A stretch of DNA of 64,000 nt, taken from assembly GCA_963667015.2 (NCBI GenBank), contig CAXXJJ010000001.1, positions 1,888,001 to 1,952,000 on the forward strand. Reading direction: 5' to 3'. Position numbers and translations under genes: made by a program. The first letter of the stretch is position 1, and every line of letters begins with the position of its first letter. The notes beneath the pieces are model-generated. The model did no database searches, was not told where the DNA came from, and saw only the letters and a list, made by a program, of their open reading frames with translations. This DNA comes from Desulfatiglandales bacterium (GTDB lineage: Bacteria > Desulfobacterota > DSM-4660 > Desulfatiglandales > HGW-15). Positions 31,113-40,273 of this stretch are shown here, piece by piece.

Positions 31113-31718
31113 TCAGGGCACAGTGATAATGTCATCTACCAGTCGGTATTCCAGAGCTTCCTTACCTGTAATAACAATCCATTCCTTTCCCTGTGAAAAT
31201 AATTTTTCAATATGATTCGCTTCATCCATAAAAGCCGCTTTGACTATACTAGGATCATGACGGATGATTTTTTCTATAGTGGCCCGTTCACTGTCACTTT
31301 CGCCGGAAATAATAAATTTTGTATCTTCAAACGAATACCGATTGCCGGTTGCGGCAGCATATATATCAATGCACCTGCCGTAACAGTATCCTGCCGCGAT
31401 GATATCAACAGGTTTCCTGGAAAGGGTGATTGTATTGATAAGATTATCTACAGAGGCAGCTTCCCCTCTGGTATTATTTATAACCACTAGTATTCTATCA
31501 ATATTTGGATCATAGTTTAAAAGGTGGATATAATTCGTAACTTTCAATATCCTCGAATATAGAAACTCCCCGTATACATAAATATAACCGCTTTTTGCGT
31601 TGGGGGATAAATGCCACTTTTGCATGAATGAAATGTTATCGTTCGGGTAATAAGTATAGACGCACCCGGAAATAAAAAACAGGAGAAGGCATATGACGAC
31701 GGTATATTTTTTTATCAT
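31113..31718 (-). CDS. ClpP-like lipoprotein, paralog 1 (likely inactive)
   Basis: ISGC lipobox; INNTRG, ATGNRYSF, GKEALEYRLVDDII. Confidence 0.78.
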   Translation of the reverse strand: MIKKYTVVICLLLFFISGCVYTYYPNDNISFMQKWHLSPNAKSGYIYVYGEFLYSRILKVTNYIHLLNYDPNIDRILVVINNTRGEAASVDNLINTITLSRKPVDIIAAGYCYGRCIDIYAAATGNRYSFEDTKFIISGESDSERATIEKIIRHDPSIVKAAFMDEANHIEKLFSQGKEWIVITGKEALEYRLVDDIITVP

Positions 31719-31946
31719 TTAATCCTCTTTTTTAAAGATATGGAGATAGATGAAACCCAAACTCACCCGGAAGCAATAAAACGATAATAGGATATTTTAT
31801 CATTTGTATCCCTCCATGATACATAGGACGCGTGATTTACATCATTCGTCCAACGTGCTGGCTGCCGCCAACCTGTTTAATTTGTTTTTGACTGCTTACT
31901 TTCAATTATTGATTTTAAAGACTTGATGCTTTTTGAGTTTCTATTT

Positions 31947-33209
31947 TTATTCATTAAAAGTTGTCTTTAATATATCCAGTACTTCTCTCCAACTTAATAC
32001 ATTTGCTTTTGCCACACCCTCTGGTGTCCCTCCATATTTTAAAACAACTCCTGCAAGTGGGTGTTTACCTTCTAAGACAGTTGTTGGTAAATACGGCAAA
32101 TAGATTGAATGTCCGGCATCTTGATAAGTAAGATGTTTATATATAAATGGATGATTGTTTCTTTTTAATCTTTCATAAGCAATAGATTGAAATTCCGGAG
32201 AAGGCCATACTTGATCATCCTGTCCATCAATAAGCAAAACCGGACCGTTTATTTTTTCTACTTCTATTATAGATTGTGACAGATGCCTTATTGTCTGGCC
32301 CTTATATGCCCATGAGTCCGGCATAGCCTTACCACTGCCGGCATACGATATAGCTACTTTTAATTGTGGGAATTTAGATGCTAAAAGTAATGCCAACTCT
32401 CCACCTCTTGAAAATCCAATTACTCCAATTTTGTTTTTATCGATATATTCACATTTTTCCAGGTATTTAATGCACCTTTCAAAATATTCAAGAGGGATAT
32501 TTTTAAATTTTTTTGGTAACGGATCAACACCAAAATAACCCAGAGTTACTCCTATATATCCGTGATAAGCTAATGCTGATGCATATTCTGAATACCCGTG
32601 TTTATTATAACCACCAGATCCATGCAGAATTATTAATGCGGGAAACTTTTCCCTGTCCTTTTTAGGGATACATATTTCTCCAATCAATTTGCTATCATCA
32701 ATTTTTATTTTATCTTCTAAATCTGTGAATTGATAATAACTTAAAACAGCCTTTGTTATTATTTTGCTGTTTTCTTTAATTACAAAAAAAGATTGATATG
32801 GGCTTTTCGATTCTTTTACAAAATCAGGAATATCTTCTAATTTATCCCAAAGCTTCATAGACCAGAATAAACCCATTTGATCAACACCTGAATAAAAGCC
32901 TGATATGGGTTTGTTTTTTGATAAATCAATTATTCCTTTTTCATCACTTTTGTAAATTGCATGAGAGTATAAATAATATCCTAGAGACGTTTTACGATAA
33001 AGGTGCACTTCAACATTTTTTAATTTTAAACAGTCTTTAATTGTTATATTAACTTTTTCATCAAAATTTGCTTCTGAAGGACTGATATCAATTTTTTCTG
33101 CATATGAATAAGTACATTGATTTCCCGTTACCTCATTGGCATTTCGCTCATTCTCGCATCCTGGGAAAACAACCAGAATGGCAATAATAAATAACAAATA
33201 TCTTTTCAT
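31947..33209 (-). CDS. acyl-CoA thioesterase/BAAT-like alpha/beta hydrolase lipoprotein (cassette)
   Basis: PGC lipobox-like; YSGVDQMGLFWSM, GFSRGGE, DDQVWP, AGH. Confidence 0.85.
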   Translation of the reverse strand: MKRYLLFIIAILVVFPGCENERNANEVTGNQCTYSYAEKIDISPSEANFDEKVNITIKDCLKLKNVEVHLYRKTSLGYYLYSHAIYKSDEKGIIDLSKNKPISGFYSGVDQMGLFWSMKLWDKLEDIPDFVKESKSPYQSFFVIKENSKIITKAVLSYYQFTDLEDKIKIDDSKLIGEICIPKKDREKFPALIILHGSGGYNKHGYSEYASALAYHGYIGVTLGYFGVDPLPKKFKNIPLEYFERCIKYLEKCEYIDKNKIGVIGFSRGGELALLLASKFPQLKVAISYAGSGKAMPDSWAYKGQTIRHLSQSIIEVEKINGPVLLIDGQDDQVWPSPEFQSIAYERLKRNNHPFIYKHLTYQDAGHSIYLPYLPTTVLEGKHPLAGVVLKYGGTPEGVAKANVLSWREVLDILKTTFNE

Positions 33210-33229
33210 GCTGTCCTTTTTTCTTTGTA

Positions 33230-33358
33230 AGCCAGCGTTTTAATTAACGAGTGTGCGGTGCATACCAATATGAGATTATTAAAGGTATTTATTTTGCAAA
33301 CCAATAAAGATTAATTCGGCAATATAGTAGGCTGCCTTAGTTTAAATAATTGTTAGAA
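33230..33358 (-). repeat. attC site (core mutated GTT>GCT)
   Basis: AGCCAGC...AATTAAC...GTTAGAA; resembles 41795-41921. Confidence 0.7.
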
Positions 33359-33359
33359 T

Positions 33360-34667
33360 TCAATTTGATTTAGAACTTACAATAAAGCTACTAATGAAAC
33401 TTTCACTCATAAAATGATCATTACCTTTTGGATGAGCAGCAATTTTCCAGTAATAGGTCGTGTTTAGCGCCAGATTGTCTATTGTTTTACCGAACTCTTT
33501 AATTTCAAATTTTGGCAAATTGCGTTTATAATTTTCAATCGTTCCCATTTTTTCAGTATCCTGTTGCGGCCTGTCACAACCCGGCATTGGACAAATTGCG
33601 ATAACCATAAATAATGTCAGATAATATTTCTTTTTCGATTTTATACTGCCAAATAAAAAAAGGGCAGGAATAGAAAGAGGCAAGAACGCATATTTAGAAA
33701 AATCAGAGGATGAATTGATACTTACTTCTTTATAGCTGTTAAAGCTCTTGTCTTTCGAATAAAGTAATTTATAGATACTTTCAGGTTTTCCTTTCCATTT
33801 AAAGGTGACAGAAGCGGAATCTGATTTTCTAACAATGGTTGGAGTGAGTAATTTAATTCTTGAAAATAGTGATGGTATTGAATATGACTTTTCACCAAAT
33901 GAAAATTCATGCAGCATATCAATTTTGATAAATTCTTCAAAATTCTGAAAGTGGAATAAATAGATAATTTTATTTACTGGATCATTGATGTTTGAGTACT
34001 GATTTAAAATTCCCTGATGCGATGCATCTAAAATATCGGCTATTTGTTTTATATTCTTATATTCGCCCGCATTTAACAATGATTTGGCCTCTGTTCTTTC
34101 GCCATATCCTGTCATCTGATAATTCTTATCAGCTTTTTCAAAAAATAACTTTCCCCCATTCCCATAAATTTCAACTGAATTCCCAAATCCATCGCCCATA
34201 ATTGCCCGACCTACATAGCCGGTATGTTTATATTTTCTTATAAAATCTATTGCTTCATCAACAGTTGCATATTGTTGAATGATATCATAAAAAATATGTG
34301 ATTTTTTATAAGAAGGTTTATCTGAATCTTTTTCCGTTCCCCAAACAGTGCCATCAGCTACCCAATCCCAGCTTAAACCTTTTTCATTCATTCCTCCATC
34401 TGGATGAATTTTCCCTACCATCAAATCAGGTTTATCTGCAAAAAATTTCCTGTAGCTTTCCTGGGTAGATTTATATCCATAATATATAGCGCCTAATTTA
34501 TTCCCATCGCCCGGTCTAACCCAAAGCATTGTCTCATACTCCCAGTAATCTTCATGATTGCAAAAGTATATATTGTCTTTTGTTTTAACAGTAAAAATCG
34601 TACAGGCATAGACATCTGAAGCAAAGGTGAAAATCATTGGTATAATAAGAAATAATAATTTGAGCAT
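33360..34667 (-). CDS. secreted Ntn-hydrolase (C45/C59-like, Cys nucleophile) (cassette)
   Basis: Signal peptide ending YA-CTIF, NHED, GGMNEKGL. Confidence 0.75.
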   Translation of the reverse strand: MLKLLFLIIPMIFTFASDVYACTIFTVKTKDNIYFCNHEDYWEYETMLWVRPGDGNKLGAIYYGYKSTQESYRKFFADKPDLMVGKIHPDGGMNEKGLSWDWVADGTVWGTEKDSDKPSYKKSHIFYDIIQQYATVDEAIDFIRKYKHTGYVGRAIMGDGFGNSVEIYGNGGKLFFEKADKNYQMTGYGERTEAKSLLNAGEYKNIKQIADILDASHQGILNQYSNINDPVNKIIYLFHFQNFEEFIKIDMLHEFSFGEKSYSIPSLFSRIKLLTPTIVRKSDSASVTFKWKGKPESIYKLLYSKDKSFNSYKEVSINSSSDFSKYAFLPLSIPALFLFGSIKSKKKYYLTLFMVIAICPMPGCDRPQQDTEKMGTIENYKRNLPKFEIKEFGKTIDNLALNTTYYWKIAAHPKGNDHFMSESFISSFIVSSKSN

Positions 34668-34747
34668 AATTACGCTTCTTAAATAATTTTCGTAACTTAA
34701 TTATTTCATCATTTAACATAGTGACTGAAACAGTCCCGTATTTCAGT

Positions 34748-34875
34748 ATTTAACGTTAAAGTTAAGGAACCTGGCGGTTTTATGGCTACTAGCCTCCTGC
34801 TCCCAAGATACTTGTTGATATAGACTCTGCTCGCTCGGCGATATAGTAGCCGGGTCACCTTGAACTTAGTTATGG
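34748..34875 (-). repeat. attC site
   Basis: ATTTAAC..GTTAAGG..CCTGGC/GCCGGG..CCTTGAAC..GTTATGG. Confidence 0.85.
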
Positions 34876-35109
34876 ATTTTTTTGTTTTTTCAGAAAATAG
34901 TCATCACTATTCCAGTTACCAAAAACATTTCGGCTTCGGACATAAACCAATTCCCACCCATCATCACCAAGAGTATTAAGATAATTATTGATTAGAGACC
35001 TGGTTGCTTTTGATGATTTATAACCCAGTTTAAATTTTCCTTCAGTCTTCAAAATTTGAGAATCTAAGATTTCTTTTGTAGATAATACTTTGTATTCAAA
35101 CTTGTTCAT
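34870..35109 (-). CDS. DUF4177-like small protein (cassette)
   Basis: FEYKV...LNTLGDDGWELV. Confidence 0.75.
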   Translation of the reverse strand: MNKFEYKVLSTKEILDSQILKTEGKFKLGYKSSKATRSLINNYLNTLGDDGWELVYVRSRNVFGNWNSDDYFLKKQKNP

Positions 35110-35124
35110 TTTATTCCTCCAAAT

Positions 35125-35190
35125 CCATAACGAGCCCCGATAACCAGCCGGGCGTTTTATAGCCCGGTCTGGTTTATTGGATTGTTCGCT
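35125..35190 (-). repeat. attC site
   Basis: CCATAAC..ACCAGCCGGGC/GCCCGGTCTGGT..GTTCGCT. Confidence 0.85.
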
Positions 35191-35510
35191 GAGTCTAGGA
35201 TATTTGCATGAAGTTTATTAGGAGAGAGAGGTTGTACCTTTTGCCAGTCTTTTGATTCATTTTCAGCCAGCCACAGGTCATAATTTTTTTGCAAATTCAT
35301 CCATAACTCTGGTGAAGTATCGAAAGCTCTGCCAAGACGAAGAGCCATATCCGGAGTAATAGCCCCCCTTTCATTAATAATTTTTGATAAAGTTTTTCTA
35401 GACACTCCAAGTGTGGATGCCATTTCTGTCACAGTAATAGTCAATGGTTTTAAATAATCCTCTTGAATTATTTTTCCTGGATGTGTTGGTTTACGTTTAA
35501 TTCTAGTCAT
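35157..35510 (-). CDS. higA: HigA-family antitoxin (cassette)
   Basis: PTHPGKII...TPDMALRL...PELWMNLQ. Confidence 0.92.
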   Translation of the reverse strand: MTRIKRKPTHPGKIIQEDYLKPLTITVTEMASTLGVSRKTLSKIINERGAITPDMALRLGRAFDTSPELWMNLQKNYDLWLAENESKDWQKVQPLSPNKLHANILDSANNPINQTGL

Positions 35511-35522
35511 ATCAATACCCCG

Positions 35523-36377
35523 CTAATGGTAATCATCATAGTCAACGACATATGCATCACCGTCAATAAATTTAAAGAATATTCTCCAGTTACCGGAGAC
35601 TTTAACAGCATATTGACCTTTTTTATCACCTGTTAATGTTACCAGGAATTTAATTTCATGTAATTCTCAAGGATATAAATCAGTATATAAACAGGATATA
35701 GATCCTGTTCATTTGGATCAAGGATATTATTCATATAATTTAAAACTCTTGTGTAACAAGTCCATATAATTCATTTTTTTGTTTTTTAATTTGCTGCATT
35801 TGTTATTCTATAGATCACATTCTGGTCATTGAGCATCTCAGTGTGTAATGATCAATATGAGAGGGTTGCCTAAATGTAAGGTGTGAAAACTTTCCGATCC
35901 CATATTATTAATTGATCTGAGATATTGGCGCATACATTGTGGCAAAAGAAGGTTTTCTGTTTCACTTGAACAGATATAAAAATAGGTCCATCTTTTTGAC
36001 CCTATCAGTCAATACGCTCAATATTGTTCACCCCTTAATTGGAGAAAGTATATCGGTCGGTCATATATTACTATTGCCAACTTCAATACTTTTTTATTCA
36101 TTTTAAAATCGTTATAGGAAAACGAAAGGGAATAGTTTGTTTAAGATCAGAAATTGCCTAGTTTTAAATCCTGTTTTTTGCCCTAATCTAAAAACCTGTT
36201 TACACCTGTTAATTTATGAAGATTTGAACCCGGATAATTCATGTCCCTCACTTCGTTTGCAGCATTTAGTCGGTCCAGAATTAATTCAAGTCTTCCGGAG
36301 TGTTCAGGTCTTATGCCTTTTTTGTTTCCAGTATAGAAAAAATCTTCAATGCCTTTATGTTTGAACGATTTAATCAT
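35523..36377 (-). pseudogene. higB: HigB toxin split by an insertion
   Basis: MIKSFKHKG...LHKLTG, then DKKGQYAVKVSGNWRIFF...DYH* resumes after the insert. Confidence 0.9.
35637..36204. mobile_element. non-autonomous IS remnant/MITE (568 bp)
   Basis: TGT...ACA ends, imperfect IR TGTTACCAGG/CCTGTTTACA, 8-bp target duplication CCTGTTAA. Confidence 0.8.
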
Positions 36378-36384
36378 AGGGGTC

Positions 36385-36413
36385 ATTGTAACCGATAAGG
36401 TTACGCGTGTCAA
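36385..36413 (-). promoter_or_regulatory. higBA cassette promoter and operator
   Basis: TTGACA-17 nt-TACAAT, GTAACC-N5-GGTTAC palindrome, ATG 7 nt downstream. Confidence 0.8.
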
Positions 36414-36447
36414 TAGTTATTAGAAAATGATGTTTGAATATTTATAC

Positions 36448-36577
36448 AGCGAACGATTGCGATAAGGAGCTGGCGGGTTAATGGTGCCGATGGTCTATAA
36501 AGTACGAAGATCATTGATACTGTTGAATTTCAATCGGCAAGAAAAACCAGCCAGTCGCCTTGATTGCCGGGTTATAA
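36448..36577 (-). repeat. attC site
   Basis: AGCGAAC..GCGATAAGG..CTGGC/GCCAG..CCTTGATTGC..GTTATAA. Confidence 0.85.
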
Positions 36578-36585
36578 AGTATTAG

Positions 36586-37266
36586 TTAATTTTTCTGTAC
36601 AATCAAGTCCATTAGACCTGTCTCCACTTTCCAATCTTTACAATCAATTTTATTAAGAATACTTTCAATTTCTTCTTTTGTATAGGCCGCTGCAATGGAA
36701 GATTTCCAGTATTTTGCCATTTTACCTGCGACTAATGTCCCAATAATATTTACTATCAATTTACCGAATAAGTTAATATCTCTCCTATGGTCATGTATAT
36801 ATACTGCACCGTTAACCTTCAAAACTCGCTTTACCTGTAAAAACACTTTTTCCGGGTAAATCCAATGATGTAATGAATCCCGAGATATTATCAAATCATA
36901 TTGATTATTTGGAATATCTTTCATATCTTCTGCAACACCCATTATGTATTTAATGCTATCAGCTAAACCTTCTTTTTTAACATTGTCATTAGCAACTCTA
37001 ATCATATCAGGTGATGCCTCCAAACCATCCAGGTGTAAGTCGGCTCGTTTAAGCAACAAATTTATTCCTGCCCAACCTGGTCCTGGTCCAATTTCTAATA
37101 CTTTGGCATTTTGATTCAAAGTTATTTTATTTAATACTTTATCAGCGAAACGAATGTATTCTCTTCCGAGTTGCTTTTTCATTATCGCGCTATATTGTTC
37201 CATTGTCATTTCGTGATTGTCTTCTATTGCACCACCTTCTGGTACTCTTGGTTTAATTTTACTCAT
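36586..37266 (-). CDS. class I SAM-dependent methyltransferase (cassette)
   Basis: VLEIGPGPG, SLHHW. Confidence 0.9.
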   Translation of the reverse strand: MSKIKPRVPEGGAIEDNHEMTMEQYSAIMKKQLGREYIRFADKVLNKITLNQNAKVLEIGPGPGWAGINLLLKRADLHLDGLEASPDMIRVANDNVKKEGLADSIKYIMGVAEDMKDIPNNQYDLIISRDSLHHWIYPEKVFLQVKRVLKVNGAVYIHDHRRDINLFGKLIVNIIGTLVAGKMAKYWKSSIAAAYTKEEIESILNKIDCKDWKVETGLMDLIVQKN

Positions 37267-37281
37267 GTTTCGCCTTTGATT

Positions 37282-37409
37282 TTATAACGTGAAATTAAGG
37301 AGCCTGGCGGTTTTATGGCGACTTACTTCAAACTCCCAAGACAGTTGATAATATTGACTCTGCTTTATCGGCGATATAGTAGCCAGGTCACCTTGAATTT
37401 ATGGTAAAG
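37282..37409 (-). repeat. attC site
   Basis: Same family as 34748; inverse core degenerate. Confidence 0.8.
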
Positions 37410-37677
37410 TTTCTTTTGGAGCACCGAGTTTGTAACTCCATAGGAAATAAAATGCCAGTAGATACATAAATATGCTGGTTGATAACCCGGAGTCATGGAA
37501 TTTAGTCTTCAAAAAAAAGCTATCAATGAAAATATAAACTGCATAGCCTGCAATTAATAAACTATACGCATTAAATATTTTCGTATTTTTACCTTTCCAA
37601 GTTGATCTTCTTTTTGAAACTTTAAACAGGACAGTAAAGAAAAAAATAACACCAATTATTCCAAATAAAGATATCAT
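37399..37677 (-). CDS. small 3-TM hypothetical protein (cassette)
   Basis: AGGAG RBS; fills the cassette. Confidence 0.7.
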   Translation of the reverse strand: MISLFGIIGVIFFFTVLFKVSKRRSTWKGKNTKIFNAYSLLIAGYAVYIFIDSFFLKTKFHDSGLSTSIFMYLLAFYFLWSYKLGAPKETLP

Positions 37678-37694
37678 TTTGAGTCTCCTTGAAA

Positions 37695-37760
37695 ACTTAA
37701 CGTTGCTGATAACCGGTTTGGCGAGCTTTTTGCCAAATCCGGTTGATTAGCGGGTTAGGG
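37695..37760 (-). repeat. attC site
   Basis: ACTTAAC..AACCGGTTTGGC/GCCAAATCCGGTT..GTTAGGG. Confidence 0.9.
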
Positions 37761-37818
37761 TTTTTGTGGTAACATTTTAACAGTAAATGATATATCACCG
37801 CGACAAAAATAAAAAATA

Positions 37819-38355
37819 TTAAAGTATAAATTCCCATTCCCAGCCTATCCATAAAGTTTCACCCGTAGTACCGCAATAAATAATAATATCACCTATTTTA
37901 TCTCTAGGCGCTTCTCGAGATCCACCAGAATAATTTTTTGATTGCTGACTTTTTACATATTCAATGATTTTTGTGGCATAATCCCCTACACCCCAGAACT
38001 TGGCTAAATCTGTCAATATTTTAATTTTATTAGGAGTTATCTGCGCAGGATCATGTATAGAAGCACCGTTCCAATGAACGCTTATATTAAGAACTTTTTT
38101 ATCCAAACTAGTAAATTCAACACTAAAAGAAGAATTTGGATTTTCAGTGTCTTTAAATGAATATGAATTGTTCCTCCCTCCTGCGCGAAGATTCCAGTTG
38201 TCCTTATTTAGTAATATTTGTTTTTTGAAAAACTCACTTGCCTCAAAGTCTTTAATAGATCTTGATTCCTTTATTTCTTCGTTTGCAGAAAGTATTGATG
38301 CTGAAATGACAATCATAATAATGAGAAAGTTAAATATTATATATGCTTTTTTCAT
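37819..38355 (-). CDS. secreted hypothetical protein (cassette)
   Basis: MKK plus hydrophobic signal peptide. Confidence 0.7.
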   Translation of the reverse strand: MKKAYIIFNFLIIMIVISASILSANEEIKESRSIKDFEASEFFKKQILLNKDNWNLRAGGRNNSYSFKDTENPNSSFSVEFTSLDKKVLNISVHWNGASIHDPAQITPNKIKILTDLAKFWGVGDYATKIIEYVKSQQSKNYSGGSREAPRDKIGDIIIYCGTTGETLWIGWEWEFIL

Positions 38356-38390
38356 TATTATCTCCAATTGATGTGTTTGCTATTTTGAAA

Positions 38391-38477
38391 CCCTAACGGT
38401 TTTGCTCACCAGCCCCGCCGTGATGTTTCGCATTAAGCAAGGAACCCTCCGTGGTCTGGTGTAGCAGTTTGTTGGCC
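38391..38477 (-). repeat. attC site
   Basis: CCCTAAC..TGCTCACCAG/CTGGTGTAGCA..GTTGGCC; sister of 44834. Confidence 0.88.
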
Positions 38478-38483
38478 GACTCT

Positions 38484-39200
38484 TTATTGAAAAAAACTTC
38501 GTTCTATATCAAAACTTTTCTCTGCTGGCTCATATTGCATTTCAACGTGAGTCTTATATGCATCATTAACTTCGCCGAGCATGCCTGAATATGTGACATC
38601 AAATACTACATTCAACTTAGCTGAGTTGCGCATCGCCATATCGACAACGCTTTGATCAATAAGAAGTGCTCCTTGGGTTTTATGATCTCTAGGCAGAGAG
38701 GTTGCCCCAATATTTTCTTTCAACGATTCAGAACCGATGATCGTTGATTTAACTAATCGACCGTTCAGACTAGCTGAGCTGATGATAAGCATTTTATTTG
38801 CAGGCACATCAGAGATGTTTGTTAGTTCAAACGATATGCTTGCCGGATATAGCTCCCCCTCTGTTGATTTCCCAGATCCACCGAAATGGACATTTCTGAT
38901 TACAACTATTGGCCTGTTACGCAGTTTAAACTCTTTGCGTTGAATATCTATTGATTCGTTTGTAAGTCTCAGAGCTTGCTCATTATTTTGTAGAGATTTA
39001 CGAGCTAACTCTAATGCTTCTTGATTTTGAGCAAGAGATTCAGCCGTCATCTGAAGAGCCTTATTGTTCTGGAGTAAAGTAAAACACATAACCCCAGATA
39101 ACGATGCCATAACAATGGTTGCAATTGCAGTGATATACATTGCTTTTGTATATGGTTTTTGTTGTAACCAATGTGTAAGTTTTTGGAATAATTTTCTCAT
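38484..39200 (-). CDS. hypothetical protein, TM plus coiled coil (cassette)
   Basis: ORF fills the cassette; upstream ORF extension lies in the attC. Confidence 0.7.
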   Translation of the reverse strand: MRKLFQKLTHWLQQKPYTKAMYITAIATIVMASLSGVMCFTLLQNNKALQMTAESLAQNQEALELARKSLQNNEQALRLTNESIDIQRKEFKLRNRPIVVIRNVHFGGSGKSTEGELYPASISFELTNISDVPANKMLIISSASLNGRLVKSTIIGSESLKENIGATSLPRDHKTQGALLIDQSVVDMAMRNSAKLNVVFDVTYSGMLGEVNDAYKTHVEMQYEPAEKSFDIERSFFQ

Positions 39201-39207
39201 TTTTCCG

Positions 39208-39341
39208 TGCCAACGAAAAGCATTACAGGCCGTGCGGTGCAAACCAACTTGCCATGTTAAAGGTGCTAGGATTATGAGCTGGCAGATAGTTTAAAAAAGG
39301 CGAAAAAAATAGCACGGTCCTTGTAGATGCACTGGTTGGCT
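39208..39341 (-). repeat. attC site (family-A type)
   Basis: GCATTACAGGCCGTGC/GCACGGTCCTTGTAGATGC. Confidence 0.88.
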
Positions 39342-39609
39342 GCCGCCAACCTGTTTAATTTGTTTTTGACTGCTTACTTTCAATTATTGATTTTAAAGAC
39401 TTGATGCTTTTTGAATACTGTGTTTTTTGATTCTTCTATTTATAATGTTCTGAATTATTTTTCAAAAGAATTTCCGGGGAATGAATTTCCTTTGTTTTGT
39501 TACCTTATTATTTCCAGATTAATTTTCGCGCCCTTGAGTTAAATGTTATTGGCAACTTCATTTCCGCATCCAATGAAATTCATTTTTCTCTATTCTATTG
39601 ACAGCCAAC
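39335..39609. other. ORF-less cassette, family A copy 1
   Basis: Homologous to 44245-44520 and 48020-48318; no conserved ORF. Confidence 0.85.
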
Positions 39610-39663
39610 ATTTTAAATAACCAGCAAGGGTCTTTTCTTGTCTGGTTAATTTAGTGGTTAGCG
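39603..39663 (-). repeat. attC site
   Basis: AGCCAAC..TAACCAGCAAG/CTTGTCTGGTTA..GTTAGCG. Confidence 0.88.
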
Positions 39664-39669
39664 TAATGT

Positions 39670-40179
39670 TTATTTACCGAGCCATATATCAAATGGAATT
39701 TTTTCATAAAGTTTTAAATAAATAAAGGCAACGATTCTATGACCGCCATCAAGTATTCTGATATAATTTCCTTCTGTGAGTATTCCAACGACAGGTGCAA
39801 AGAAACTATTTGTCCGTTTCATGTATTGCACGTGCCAGCTGAACCTTTCTTTAGTCCCCGTGATGTTCCCCATACAAGATGTCAGGTCTCCCTCGATGTG
39901 CAGCTTGATGAGAGCATTGATGTCAGCATAAGAGTCTGGATGCAAAAGATCCATGAAAACCCTGGAATATTTCATCCGTTTCCAGATGAGTTCGCTAAAA
40001 TCTTTGAGGGACAAACCTCCGAAACGCCAATGCCAATTAGTTCCGATTGCGGAATCATTGATGCTTGAGAAAGGCCATCCTATGGAATTTATAAATGGAA
40101 ATAGGTATAGATCAAAAACGTCATCAGGAACGTTTGGCAACATTTGCATGGCTTTAATATGTAGTTTAGTTTGTTCCAT
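39670..40179 (-). CDS. hypothetical protein with ParB/Srx-like motif (cassette)
   Basis: IRILDGGHRI resembles the ParB N-terminal DGxHR motif. Confidence 0.6.
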   Translation of the reverse strand: MEQTKLHIKAMQMLPNVPDDVFDLYLFPFINSIGWPFSSINDSAIGTNWHWRFGGLSLKDFSELIWKRMKYSRVFMDLLHPDSYADINALIKLHIEGDLTSCMGNITGTKERFSWHVQYMKRTNSFFAPVVGILTEGNYIRILDGGHRIVAFIYLKLYEKIPFDIWLGK

Positions 40180-40188
40180 GTTTTTAAA

Positions 40189-40251
40189 CGCTAACGACTT
40201 GCTGTGAGGCGCGCGGTCGTTTCGCGCGTCCTTACAAGCAGCTTGTTATAT
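40189..40251 (-). repeat. attC site
   Basis: CGCTAAC..GGCGCGCG/CGCGCGTCC..GTTATAT. Confidence 0.88.
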
Positions 40252-40273
40252 TTATTTGTAATGGTAGAAATTT

